From assembly GCA_047495785.1 (NCBI GenBank), contig JBLDXI010000026.1:806001-870000 (forward strand): a stretch of DNA of 64,000 bases, written 5' to 3'. Positions 48,803 to 61,337 of the stretch are shown piece after piece. The stretch's first letter is position 1. Each line of letters opens with the position of its first letter. The notes under the pieces were generated by a model. That model made no database searches. It saw nothing but the letters and a program-made list of their open reading frames with translations, and was not told the DNA's origin. Origin of the DNA: Lepidodermella squamata (taxonomy: Eukaryota; Animalia; Gastrotricha). Made by a program: the position numbers and the translations under genes.

Positions 48803-50303
48803 TTATTGATTTCTCGAGCCGATATTTTGAGCTTTCTGGGAGCCATCCTCGTATTCCGGCTTGCAGTTCAGTCGGGACGTTGTTGTTTGCATTAGCTTCA
48901 CCTTTGATAGCGGCGATGATGATTCATAAATCGTTGTTTTCTTGCGATTAATATTCGCAATTTTAGCGATGAGAAGCCGCCGAAAATTGTGATTTACGAT
49001 GAAGTGAATGAAAAAATTGGCACTGTATTCCAAGAAACCAAGCACCATAGCCATGTAGAGACATTTTCGGAGAATAATTTCATCGATTATGTCAAATAGC
49101 TCCCATACCAAAGCTTCAGTAATCGGGTTGACAAGAGTCGCCTGAAAAATTCGATAATTTTTTTCAATTTCTCTTTAATTTTACACTCAGAGGTTGGATT
49201 AAAATTTCATTAGGAAGGCTAGAGTATGCGAAACCTTGTTTACGCGCATTTATTCAATTACTCCAAAGCTATCATGAATTTTTCAATCGCGATAGTCCTA
49301 GTTAGAGAACAAATTACCTGAAAGTTTTGTTAGGATCGAATTAAAGCGAAAATTAGAGCGAATTATAGCAAAATCTGGTAGGTAAAATGCGTTACTTATT
49401 AGGTGATTTTCTTTAAAATATAAATTAAAAAAAAAATACCTACTTTCAGCAATTGATACGATGCGATGGGACTATATTATCTGTCAGGAATTACCTGATC
49501 GATTATCCCAAGAACGCTAATAGCAGGGAAGCCATCCTCAAAGAAAGAGTTGATCAAATTAATGAGGTATACCTATTAGAGAAGCATTCACTCGAGTGAC
49601 AGGTGATATTTTTGCGAAATGGTAAATAATTTTCGTGACGTCATAAGCTCATCGAGCTACCATCGAGATTCTAATTTTTTCCGCGTTAATCACGTATTTT
49701 CCAGTCTCGAGGACACCCTGTCGGTGTATGAATAATCAGGAATCGGGAATTTTCGATAATAAAATGGGAGAAATAGCCCACGGAAAAAACGGAATTGGCC
49801 TGAATTAAAGAAATAATTTTCCAAAATTACCGAAATTTCTCCGAAAACGGTGAAAATTGTTCCAATAATGATGGTAATTGTGAGGGAATTTTGCCGGCTT
49901 TGATGCCTCGACTGTCGAGTTTGATCTCTTGAGTTATATTTCCGGTGTTTTGACGATCGGCAAACTGTATCTATCAGTAGAGTGTTGAATATCAAGAGCA
50001 ATGAAAGGCAACCTAGTAAAATATAAAAAATTGAATAAAAAAATACATCATATGTTAGCACAACCTATGTTGTAGACAAAGAATCGTATGACGGAGTAAA
50101 TTTGAAATTAATAGTCAAAGGTACTGGTTAACTGATATCCACTACATTTCGAAGGCGGCTTCGACCCAAACGCGATCATTCGAGGGAAATTCAGAACCGT
50201 TACGATCGCTAACAAAATATAGCAAATTTCCGTCGCTTGTTGCCGCTGTTGCATCAAATTTGCTGGTAACAGAGATTTGTTGTGCCGAACGAAGAAATAC
50301 GGT
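48803..50303 (-). pseudogene. Truncated class A GPCR pseudogene (copy F)
   Basis: Homologous to copy G only from ICL2 onward (RHNKSLLPANLMQQRQQ); TM1-3 are absent. In-frame TAA at 50108-50110 (FDY*FQIY, where paralogs have Y or F). Confidence 0.8.
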
Positions 50304-51205
50304 GCTTGGACTTTTGCCAATATAATGTAAATATGGCTGCTCGGGCTTATACATCATCCTAAGACAGGCGCGCCTTGTCAAAATGGGATCTTCTAAAACT
50401 GGAACTAGTCATCATTTTTATCGTTGACGTAATGGCAGGTGACTGCGAGCAAAATCATTACTTTCAGGTCGAGAAAGTAAGAAAAACCAGGCCATGAAAG
50501 AAGTTAGGCTTCATACATTATAATGAGTTCATGAAAATCAGTAGCAGATAATATGGGTATATGTATACTTTCGCACATCCTATTGAATTAGGAAAACTCG
50601 ATTTTTTTTCGATTTTGTCAGATGAGACTAATTTCTTTTATTCAATTTTGCTAACCAAATCAATAACTATGAGCGAGGGTATGCTGGGTACATGTTATGA
50701 TATCGCCTGGCTACGTCTATTCTCAGAGCCAAAAACAGTATCATTGGAGTATGAGATGTCCCCACATCCAACGTATTGAGAGACTTCAATTTGCAATTGT
50801 TCAAAATTGCTATTTCTAACGCTGCCTTACAAATCTGGTAAGCTGAAAAGATAGCTTTTCAGGCTCCCTGAAGATGGTATAACAGGAATAGTGTTATCTT
50901 TGTTAGGCATTCCAACCATTCGTACAATGTCAACGAGGTTAACATTGAATAACTGCTCAACGACTCGAGAACATTTTCGTAAATGAACTAGAAGCTTCTC
51001 CACGTGGTATGTAATTAACAAAGTTCTGGCAAGGCTTACAGCATTGAATCATTAAAGACATGACGTGTTTAAACAGTCGAAACGCGCTAGCTCGAAACCA
51101 AGTTTGAACAGTTGGCTAGCCAGGAGAATTTAATCGAATAAAAAAACGTTAACAATTTAAGTCATTACGCTCTTTTTCTCACGGTTAATTAATTCTTTAT
51201 CCGAA

Positions 51206-51635
51206 ATGATGCAATTCAAATTTTACATCGCTATTATGGCCATGTGTCTTCTTACAGCCGACCTTGCGGCCTCCTTATCAGCAATGGAGCGAGAAGGTAA
51301 ATCAAGTTTCTTTCAAAACTCGAAACTCTCTTTCTTAGAATGATGCGCTACACCTTCACATCGGAGTAATTAGTATTGATGCAAATAAATGGAATTGTTT
51401 TGTTTCAGTTTACAAGAGATACACATTGTCAAACCAGGCTTGTACAGTGGCTAGGCCTATATGGATTGTAAAGACTCAACTCGACTGTGGCAAGTATTGC
51501 GACAGGGGTGGAGTGCGCGAATGCTACACATTCCAATTCATGACGAAAAGCAATATCTGCCTCGTTTCCACGAAGGAGCAGTGCTCGGAACGTTATACGG
51601 CGCCGGACAGCGTTGTCTACACCAGAAAGCCATAG
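51206..51635 (+). CDS. Small secreted PAN/apple-like protein (exons 51206-51296, 51409-51635)
   Basis: Signal peptide MMQFKFYIAIMAMCLLTADLAA; phase-1 splice into ORF 51426. Cys pattern DCGKYC..ECYTFQF..NICL is typical of PAN_1. Confidence 0.72.
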
Positions 51636-52284
51636 ATCACTTCAGTAAACGCCCAGAGAGCAGCGAGGGAGAGGAACGCGGCTTTCTGAATTGTGAGTTT
51701 TATGCGACTTCACGTGCTCTACATATTCAGTGGAGGAGATGAGAGCTTGGAACAATAAACCGGATCAAGTAGAACGCTCGCAGAGTTTTTCATATTCCCA
51801 AGTTCTTCAGTGAAACAGGTCAGAAAAAAGGAGTTTCCTTAAACATTGGGGTGTTTTAACCTTAGTTTTTATTTCATTTTTTGAGTGGAACTGAACCATC
51901 GCCGTGGAAAAATGGCGACTGCATGACTTGGCCGCGATGTGGTCAACACAAGAATAGGCGACTACAATTCGGAATTCCTCATATTCATTTCCAAGCCCAC
52001 ACAATTCGCGCTACTATTGATACTAGTATTAGGAAACGGAGGCCTTAACGCTTTCACGGCGGGAAGGACGATCTCGGAGTTTTGATTTTGAAAATTCGCA
52101 GAAAATTGAATTTGAGGAATTCCCGATTGCCCTCTTGAGGACGATTGCTTTTCGTTGTTGGCTATAAGGTTTCGAGACCAGGACACCATTATCTTGAATG
52201 GTTAGGACATGGTTTGCCGAATTCGTCCTATCCGCCCAGATTGGCGGAGTGCGGGATTTTTGTGCTGTCGCAAGGAAAAACTGG

Positions 52285-52400
52285 AAAAGCTGAATTCTGG
52301 TCTGCGGATAGGACGATTTCGGCCAGTTTTTGTACAGCCCTAACGGTGATAGATACAGATAACTGGATTTCAAAATCGTGATCAGAGCCTTCGAAAACCC
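52285..52400. repeat. Dispersed repeat; second copy at about 59365-59480
   Basis: Shared GCGGAT.GG.CGATTTCG.CCA.TTTTTG.ACAGCC.TA.CGGTGA..GATA.AGA...TTTCAAAATC. Confidence 0.65.
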
Positions 52401-52698
52401 ATACAACTGCAGCCACAAATATATTTTCTTCCGCTGATAAATAATGAAAAGTATATAAAGGAAGCGATGACTGCGGCTTGATGACAACATGATGGACGCG
52501 TTCACGTATCGCCATGGATGTACATATTCATGTATTCCTTTAATAGAAAACTTGTCAGTTAAGTTGCCGTGTCAACAAGCCTTTTCTGTTATAGGGGTTT
52601 CAATTCATGCCTGAACTGTAATCCTGCCATGTGATATTCTATTGGGAAGTTCATCATTAGTAGATGTTTCTGTTGCCAACTTTCGTGTTATGAATAGC

Positions 52699-55623
52699 AT
52701 GACAATTCAAATACTCTCTTTGATTTTCCTAATCAGTCCTGCTGCTGTAGTAAGTGCTTTTAAAGTTATCGCGCTGAACACAACCGCAAATATTTCATTA
52801 GCTCAGTCAGCAGAATTCAGCCGTTCAATGTCTTGGATTCAGGTGTAGCAATGGCCAGTGCATACCAAGCGGGTGGAGGTAATATTTGACAATTGCGAAA
52901 ATCGAAGCTACTGTGTAATATTCAGATGCGATGGTGATCGGGATTGTAGTATGGACGATTTCACGAATGCAATGTAGCCCGAATCATTTATCACTTTTAT
53001 CCAGGTGATGATGAATTGAACTGCCGTCTTGTAACTAGACCCTCGCAGGGCATGGTATTGCTCGCTCATTATCCCACTGATATTTCTTTAAAAATTAAGT
53101 ATATTTAGTCAAACTGTGGAGGAGGATTCACGTGCAAGAATGGGCGCTGCATCCCACCAAACTATGTGTAAGTTCAAAGCACATGAACTGGGCAAACATT
53201 ATTCCATATTTTGCTAGGTGTGACAGAGAAGACGATTGCCGTAAGTCCAATAAGCCGTCATCCCCTGTTTTGAAACTCAAGTCTTAATGCAAGAGGACGG
53301 AAGCGATGAAGCGAACTGTCGACCAATTCCGGTAAGATGCCGAGAATACCGCTTGTTAAGCCTCACTGAAAATTGATCACTTCCAGCAAGCATGCGGAGC
53401 TAACGAATTTTCATGTAAAAATGGTCGATGCTTACCTAGATCTTCTTTGTAAGAAAGCAATTTCCAATTACACCCTTCTCCTTCATTTTTTGCATCCATC
53501 TGCATAAATAGTTGCGATGGAGACAACGATTGTGGTAAAGTGGTTTATCGTTTTCAAAGGATCCGGTTTGTATGCTCTTGACCAAGGTGATCTAAGCGAC
53601 GAAAGAAACTGCAACAGCACGACGCCTGTCCCTACGCCCGTCACAACAACCACCAAAGTACGTCATTATCGGGCTCATGAATAGTCAGAACCCATTTCAG
53701 TAAGCTTACACAATTTCAGGAGCTAATTCCTCAATGTTAGCGAGCTATGGTTTCTCAAAGTCAAAAAAGTGAAAAATTAAATATCGCTCGAGGCACCCTC
53801 GAAAAAGCTTCGTATGAAAAAGTGGAAATTTTTTATCAGTTTCAGGTAACCCTACACCTTACCCTAGTAGTTCTTATTGAATGGCTAGATCCGATAAATT
53901 CGGAGCTCGGTTTAGGAAATAGATACTAGTAGTTACTATTTTCTTTTTTCGCCTGGCTGACTAAAAGTTATACGCTACAAAAAATATTCAGGGTAATTAT
54001 TTGTAAAATCGTCTGGTGAATCCTGAATGACCCCATCGAAAAAAGTACGCCCGGATTCTTTGATGTCATCGTGTTCAGCTTAATCACTTTTTTCGGTGGG
54101 GTCATTCATGATTCTCCAGACGATTTTAAATTTAGTCCTAATTTAGCCTATTGACAGGCGAAGTCACCAAAGTCGGCTTTTATAGCAAATTATTGTTCGT
54201 CATTTCTAGTTTATCTACCTTTTGCCCGATTTCAGTTTGATTACAGCGTTTGCTATGGCTTTACATGCAGCAATGGAAAATGCATCGTTCGGAACTTCGT
54301 GTGAGTTACCTGCATATTGAAATTCAAATTCGGTTACATCTCAACGTTAACGGTTCAGCTGTGATGGTGACAATGACTGCGGTAGGGTTCAGTTAGAAAA
54401 AGACGATTCATTCCTACATTTAACTTATTATTATCGACAGGTGATGGGAGTGACGAAATGAACTGCGTAAGAAAGACTAAATCATAATTCATGCAAGCCA
54501 ATAAATGTCAAACATTCATGCAAAAGACTATATGCAAAGGGTTTATGTGCGCTAACCGAAAATGCATAAACCTTTCATGGAGGTAACTCTTTCCGCTGAA
54601 CTATCGAGTCCTATCTTTTTGTAAAACATTTATTCACCCAGGTGCGATAAAGATAATGATTGCGGTATTGTTTTTCGCTTTTTGATAAATTTCAATAGAA
54701 TTACTCCGCTAGGTGACTTCAGCGATGAACAAAACTGCACGAGACCTGTAACACCTCCGGCTCCTCCATCATCAAACACACAATGCGGCATCGTTGGTCC
54801 TAATATTGTTCAAAATATCTATGGCGGCGATGTGGCTGCGTTTGGTGCTCATCCTTGGGTGGTTCGAATAGAAATGAAATTCACAACAACCCCAGCCGGA
54901 ACTATCTTATTCTGCGGAGGATCTATCATTTCCGATCAATGGATTCTTACGGCAGCTCACTGCGTGACAGACGATAAGGGTGGTACTCTTGATGAGCTAC
55001 TTGTGCGACTAGGCCGAACCGACATGAACTTGCCCAGCGAAAGAGGGGGTTACGACATTTCTGGTCTTAATGTTTTCAGGCATCCTGATTACAATGCGAG
55101 CATGAAATGGAATATGGATTTTGCTCTCGTCAAGCTTCGGTCGAAAATAGGATTTTCGCCAACAATCCAGCCTATTTGCCTGCCAGATAATATGTGCAAC
55201 AGCACCATTTCTGCCACAGCTACGATGACTGATAGCTGCACTGAAGCTGTTGCGGCTGGATGGGGACTTACAGATAGTAAAGATTCAATCTCTCCCAGGA
55301 ACTGATCGTACACTTATCTTACCTTAACAGATCCGAGAAAGAACATTCTTCTAGAAGCATCATTAGGAATTAATCCTCGACAAAAGTGCAACGATATATA
55401 TGGCCAGCTTTCGACTGCTCAAATATGCGCTGGTGACGGCAGCCGGGGCACCTGTCAAGGCGATAGCGGAGGTCCGCTGATGTGCAAGCATGGCCCTACT
55501 GGTCGCACTCATGTCATTGGAGTTGTCTCATGGGGCAACAAGCCGTGTGGAGTTCTGCCGTCAGTGTTCGCACGCGTTTGCTCCGCTTTGCCCTGGATAA
55601 GGACAACTATGGCCAGCAACTAA
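52699..55623 (+). CDS. Secreted modular serine protease 1: signal peptide, 5 LDLa repeats, S1 protease domain (17 exons)
   Basis: LDLa motifs (C.NG.CI...CDGDNDCGD.SDE.NC) rebuilt across micro-exons. Protease exons 54713-55276 and 55331-55623 carry TAAHC, DFAL and GDSGGP. Confidence 0.9.
53948..54162. mobile_element. Palindromic MITE-like insertion in an intron
   Basis: Arms 54004-54046 and 54086-54128 are near reverse complements; outer ends TTCGCCTG / CAGGCGAA. Confidence 0.65.
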
Positions 55624-56565
55624 ACTTAACCATTCCAGCTATACCTTTACCATTCCTCCTTGTTAAATAGCGTTACAACTTTCAAAGGAAAAATGACTGT
55701 AGTAAAACCTGACATCTCGAACGCCTACGGTTCTAAAAAAAATCGAATTACTGAGAGTTTCGACATGGAGAGAGTCATATAAAAAATCACCCTAAAGTCA
55801 CGAATGTGCTGCGACAACCGTGAATTTTTATTCTGTAACCGATTTATTGTGATTCATATTAAAAAAAAACAAATTAGATATTCGAAATGACTGAATGAAT
55901 CATCGAAGGTGGAAGGTGATAAAAAATAGTCACAAAACCCGTAAACAATAATGCGAACCCAAACATCTCGTAAGCAGTGTGGACTTTTTTGTTCGGGCAG
56001 TGCGAGTACATTTGGAGAGAAACTTGGAAAATTTGATTGCCGGCGCATTAAAATCATTACGTTTTAACATTTGTATACCTTATTTGATCCTATAGTAGCC
56101 CGAGATACTACAATTTCGAGAAATAATTTATGGTGAATCGTTCATATTTGATGTTTCGAACCGACTTGACCCCTCAACCCTGGGTTACTATTAAGGGATG
56201 GGCTACGTTTGCTTTTCGTAAGGTTAAAAGCATTACAGATCCTTGGCGTTGGACTAATGGCTAATGGTGTTAACTGTTAAACTTCCAATAAAACACAAGA
56301 TAAAATATGACTTGTAGTTTGATCACAATATGGTGGACGCGGTCACGTATCGCTATTGATGTAAGTTTCATACTCCATTAATAGAAAACTTGTCAAATTG
56401 AGTTGCCATGTCAACGAGCTCTTTCTGTTATACACTTCAATTTACGCGCGCGTGAACTGCAATCCTGTCATGTGAACATTTGGAGGTTATTCTATTGGGA
56501 AGTGGGTGTTTAATCATTAGTAGGTGTTTCATTCATCATCTTTTCGTGTTAAGACTAATATAAAA

Positions 56566-59500
56566 ATGCAAATACTCTTCTTGATTTTTCTAATCAGTGT
56601 TGCTGCGGCTGGAAGTGTATCGAAAATTACCGCGTTCCAGTTATTTGCGGTAATGTTTCATTAGCTCAGCCCCAGCAGAATTATACTTTGGAAATGATTA
56701 TTCAGTCAAACTGTGCTGGAGGATTCACGTGCAAGAATGGCCGTTGCATCCCACCAAACTACGTGTAAGTTCAGAGCACTCGAACTGGGCCAAAAATATT
56801 CCAAATTTATCAAGGTGTGACAGAGACGACGATTGCCGTAAGTTCAAGAGGCCGTCATCCCCTGTTTTGAAATTCAAGTCTTAATGCAAGAGGACGGAAG
56901 CGATGAAGCGAACTGTCCGCCAAGCCCGGTAAGAAGCCGAGAATAACGCATGTTAAGCCTCACTGAAAATTGATCACTTCCAGCAAGCATGTGGAGCTAG
57001 CGAATTCCCATGTAAGAACAGCCGATGCGTACCAAGATCTTATTTGTAAGATTTCCAAAGCAATTTCCAATTACACCCTTCTGTTTCATTTTCATGTATC
57101 CATCTTCATAGTTGCGATGGAGACAACGATTGTGGTAAAGTGTTTTATCGGTTTGAAAAGATCCAATTTGTTTGCTCTTGACCAAGGTGATTCAAGCGAC
57201 GAACGAAACTGCAACAACACGACGCCCGTCACGAGGCAAATCACGACGCCTGCCACTACGCCCGTCACGACAACCACCAAAGTACGTAATTTGCACAGTA
57301 GTTTCGAGGCGAAATTTAAGTCTGCTTTCAAATTTAGTAGCTCCTATCTCCTATAGTAGACGTATTTTCTGTATTTTCCAGCAGATCGCAAAAACAGTGC
57401 TGAAGAGCTTTCGATTGGTGCCCGATCGAATTCCACGCGGAACCTTTGGGAAACTTCGAAGTTGAAGTGCAATATTCGCGTTTTTGGCCTCGTGGCCCTC
57501 GTGGACTTCGATCGGACACCAATCGATAGCCCTTGATCACAGCAATCCATTGATAAGTGATGATCCATAGTGACTCTCGCGGTTTGGCATCGCTTATCCC
57601 GTATTTAGGCCGCTTAAGCCTATGCCGTTTCAGCTTAGATCCTCTAAATACAATCCTCAACATAGGCTATTGCGGAGCCTATTTTTGACGCTGAACACAG
57701 AATCTGGGCGTACATTTTTCGGTGAGGTCATTGATGATACACCGGATGGTTATAGAAAAATCACACTTTTAGTGGCCGTTATTTTTAGCTATGTTTGTGA
57801 ATAGTTTTCTAGTTTTCATGCAATTGTAGGCTTCGAGCACTTGCAATGGCTTTAAATGTCGCAATGGAAATTGCATCAATCAAAACTACGCGTGAGTTTC
57901 TTATATAATGAAAATGAAATTCGTTTACATTCCAAAGTTTGTTCATGCACAATGGTTCAGCTGTGACACTGACAATGACTGCGGTAAGATTCAAAAAAAA
58001 AGAAACAATAGATTTTTAGATTTACCTTAATATTATCGGCAGGTGATGGCAGTGACGAGATGAACTGCGTAAGAAAGGCTAAATCAGAATCCATCAATAA
58101 ATCTCAAAAATTCATCCAAAAGATTTCTTGCAGAGGGCATATGTGCGCTAACCAAAAATGCATAAAATTATCTTGGGTGTAAGTTCTTCTGCTGAACTAT
58201 CGAGTTCCATCTTTTAATATAACGATTTCCCTTCACCCAGGTGCGATGGAGGCAACGATTGTGGTAAAGCCTTTTATCGGTTAGAAAGGATTCAATTTGT
58301 TTACTCTTGATCAAGGGGATCTAAGCGACGAAAAATATTGCCTTCCGACGCCCGTCAGGACGCCCGCCACAGCTGTTGTCATAACAACCCCCGCAGTAAG
58401 TCATTTGCAACTTAAATTATTTTAATCTGCAGTTCGCGTTCAAAATTTAGTTGTTCATTATAGCGCGACTTTGCAGTCACGGGATTAAAGGCAAAGTCCG
58501 CCTATTTTTTTCTGGTAGTGGTCGCGCAGTCGCGCGGTCGTTGTGGTGGGGCGGTCGTGTAAAAATGGTCGCCAAAAAACGGGAATGAAAAAAATGAAGC
58601 ACCGCCAGGAGTCGAACTATGGATCTTGGAAAAACAAGCCATGTTTTTCATCCACTACGCCATCAATTCCTAGCAATTAACAGTTTCTATCAGCGGATCG
58701 CCTGTCAAAAATAAGGCTCTAAATATTTTCTCGGCAGATTTTTCAAGCTGGTGGCGTAGAGCGTATTGGATGAAAAACATGGCTTGTTTTTCCAAGATCC
58801 ATAGTTCGACTCCTGGCAGTGCTTCATTTTTTTCATGTAAAATCGACGCATTTTCAAAGGGTCCAAATATTTGCACTACTAAAACTGAGGTTCCAGCGCT
58901 AAATTTGAGCGTCCTGGCACTAAAATCATCCGATTCTTTACGATTTCGGCGTTGTCGGTTTTTGATCGATATTGATGCCCTACCTGATCCTAGGATTTTT
59001 TATTTTAGCTACATGCTTTAAGCTACAAAGAAAAATTATCGATGTTGGGTTCGAAGGCGGCTGATATCGGGAAAATCACTGATTTGTAAAATCGATACTT
59101 GGAATCGATATGGGCTCTATAAGATGAAGTATAATTCGTAAACTGAGCGCTCATAGCGCGAAATATGCTTGATATATTTCGCGGATGCGTGATATATATG
59201 CGGAGGTCTATCGGTTAGGCATTACAACAAAAAATATGAGATGCTAGCGACGACTGGAAATTCTTAAAACTATGATTAGGGGAAACCCAGTGCCGGAGTC
59301 TCACATTTAGTGCTGGAAGTGTTAAGAGCATCTGATGCTGAAACTAGGGTGTTTGGAAAATGACCTGAAATCAGCTGGGCGGATGGGGCGATTTCGACCA
59401 CTTTTTGCACAGCCGTAGCGGTGACGGATAGAGACAGTCGGGTTTCAAAATCAGCTGTTGATCAGGGACCCCTAAAAAACCTTAGCATTGTGGTCAAATA

Positions 59501-61337
59501 TCGTTTCCACCAGAGATATATAATTTCTATTGACAGTCAGGCGAAGTTTCCGAAGTCGACAGTATGACAGTTTTTATGACAAATTGGTCGTCAATTTTCA
59601 TCTAGTTTTGTCGATAGTGTTCTAGTTTTATGCAATTGTAGACTTCGAGCGTTTGCAACGGCTTTCAATGTCGCAATGGAAATTGCATCGTTAAAAACTA
59701 CACGTGAGTTGCCTGAATATTGAAATTCGAATTCGGTTACATCCCAACATGTGTACATCTTTAGCTGTGACGGTGACAATGACTGCGGTAGGATTCACTT
59801 GAAAAGAATAAACCAATATTTATTTACATTTACCTTATTATTATCGGCAGGTGATCGAAGCGACGAAGTGAACTGCGTAAGAAAGACTTAATCAGAATTC
59901 ATGCGAGTCAAAACATCTTAAACATTCATCCAAAAGAATTCGAGCAATTGTAATGGCTTTTTTTGCCGCAATGGCAATTGCATCAATCGAAACTACTTGT
60001 GAGTTTCCTATATATTAAAAATGAAATTCGGTTACATTCCTACGTTTGTTCATGCACCATGGTTCAGCTGTGACGGTGACAATGACTGCGGTAAGGTTTA
60101 GTTATAGAAAGAAACGATAAATATCTACATTCAACTTTTTATTATCGGTAGGTGATGGCAGTGACGAAATGAACTGCGTAAGAAAGACGAAATCAGAATT
60201 CATTTAAGACAATAAATTCCAAACATTCATCTAAAGACTTCATGCATCGGATTTTTGTGCGCTAACCGAAAATGCATTAAATTATCATGGAGGTAAGTTT
60301 TTTTGCTGTAATGGTGATAGCTATATTTTAATAACAATTGCCTTCACCCAGGTGCGATAAAGATGATGATTGCGGTATGGTTTTTCGCATTTTGATCAAT
60401 TCCAACACAAATATTTCCGATAGGTGACTCCAGCGATGAGCAAAATTGCGCGAGAACTGTAACAACTCCGGCTCCTCCACCATCAAACACACAATGCGGC
60501 ATCGTTGGTCCTAATATTGTTACAAATATCTATGGCGGCGACGTGGCTGCGTTCGGTGCTCATCCTTGGGTGGTGCGTTTAGTTATCAAATACAAATATA
60601 CGCTAGGCTCACGCATGTCGCAATGCGGAGGATCTATCATTTCCGATCAATGGATTCTTACGGCAGCTCACTGCGTGACAGACAGCAACGGTGGCATTAT
60701 TGATGGACTCCTTGTGCGTCTAGGTCGAAGCGACTTGAACTTGCGCAGCGAAAGAGGGGGTTACGATATTTCTGGTCTCGATGTTTTCCGGCATCCTGAT
60801 TATAATCCGAGCATGAATTGGAATATGGATTTCGCTCTCATCAAGCTTCAGTCGAAAATAGCATTTTCGCCAACAATCCAGCCTATTTGCCTGCCAGATA
60901 ATATGTGTAACAGCACCATTTCTGCTACAGCTACGGTGACTGATAGCTGCACTGAAGCTGTCGCGGCTGGATGGGGACTGACAGATAGTAAAGATTCGAT
61001 CTCTCCCAGAAACTGATTATACTTTTATCTTACTATAACAGATCCGAGAAAGAACATTCTTTTAGAAGCATCATTAGGCATTAATCCTCGACAAAAGTGC
61101 AACGATGTGTTTAATACCCAGCTTTCGACTGCTCAAATATGCGTTGGTGACGGTAGCCGGGGCACCTGTCAAGGCGATAGCGGAGGTCCGTTGATGTGCA
61201 AGAATGGCCCTGCTGGTCGCACTCATGTCATTGGAGTTGTCTCGTGGGGCAAGGTACTGTGTGGAGGCTATCCGTCTGTATTTGCACGCGTTTGCTCCGT
61301 TTTGCCCTGGATTAAGACGACTATGGCCAGTAACTAA
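56566..61337 (+). CDS. Secreted modular serine protease 2: signal peptide, 7 LDLa repeats, S1 protease domain (23 exons)
   Basis: Tandem paralog of protease 1, including upstream sequence (56333-56560 resembles 52493-52690). Catalytic triad intact (TAAHC, DFAL, GDSGGP). Confidence 0.9.
57411..57526. repeat. Inverted repeat (hairpin) in an intron
   Basis: TCGATTGGTGCCCGATCGAATTCCACG pairs with CGTGGACTTCGATCGGACACCAATCGA. Confidence 0.75.
58585..58836. mobile_element. Divergent pair of tRNA-derived Pol III-like (SINE-head-like) elements forming a palindrome
   Basis: 58585-58662 (-) and 58752-58836 (+) are near-identical inverted copies, with A box TGGCGTAGTGG (intact in the left copy), B box GTTCGACTCC and a T7 run. 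Confidence 0.65.

Noticed and set aside
50330-51050. Possible transposon coding remnant replacing the 5' half of GPCR copy F
   Set aside because: I could not recognise any RT, integrase or transposase motif; origin unresolved.
51339-51365. Possible 27-nt micro-exon in the PAN gene with an in-frame TGA (selenocysteine or poison exon)
   Set aside because: The flanking introns would be only 42-43 nt, I saw no SECIS element, and direct splicing already gives an intact protein.
58585-58836. Functional tRNA genes
   Set aside because: The acceptor and T stems pair poorly and there is no canonical 7-nt anticodon loop; treated as tRNA-derived repeats.
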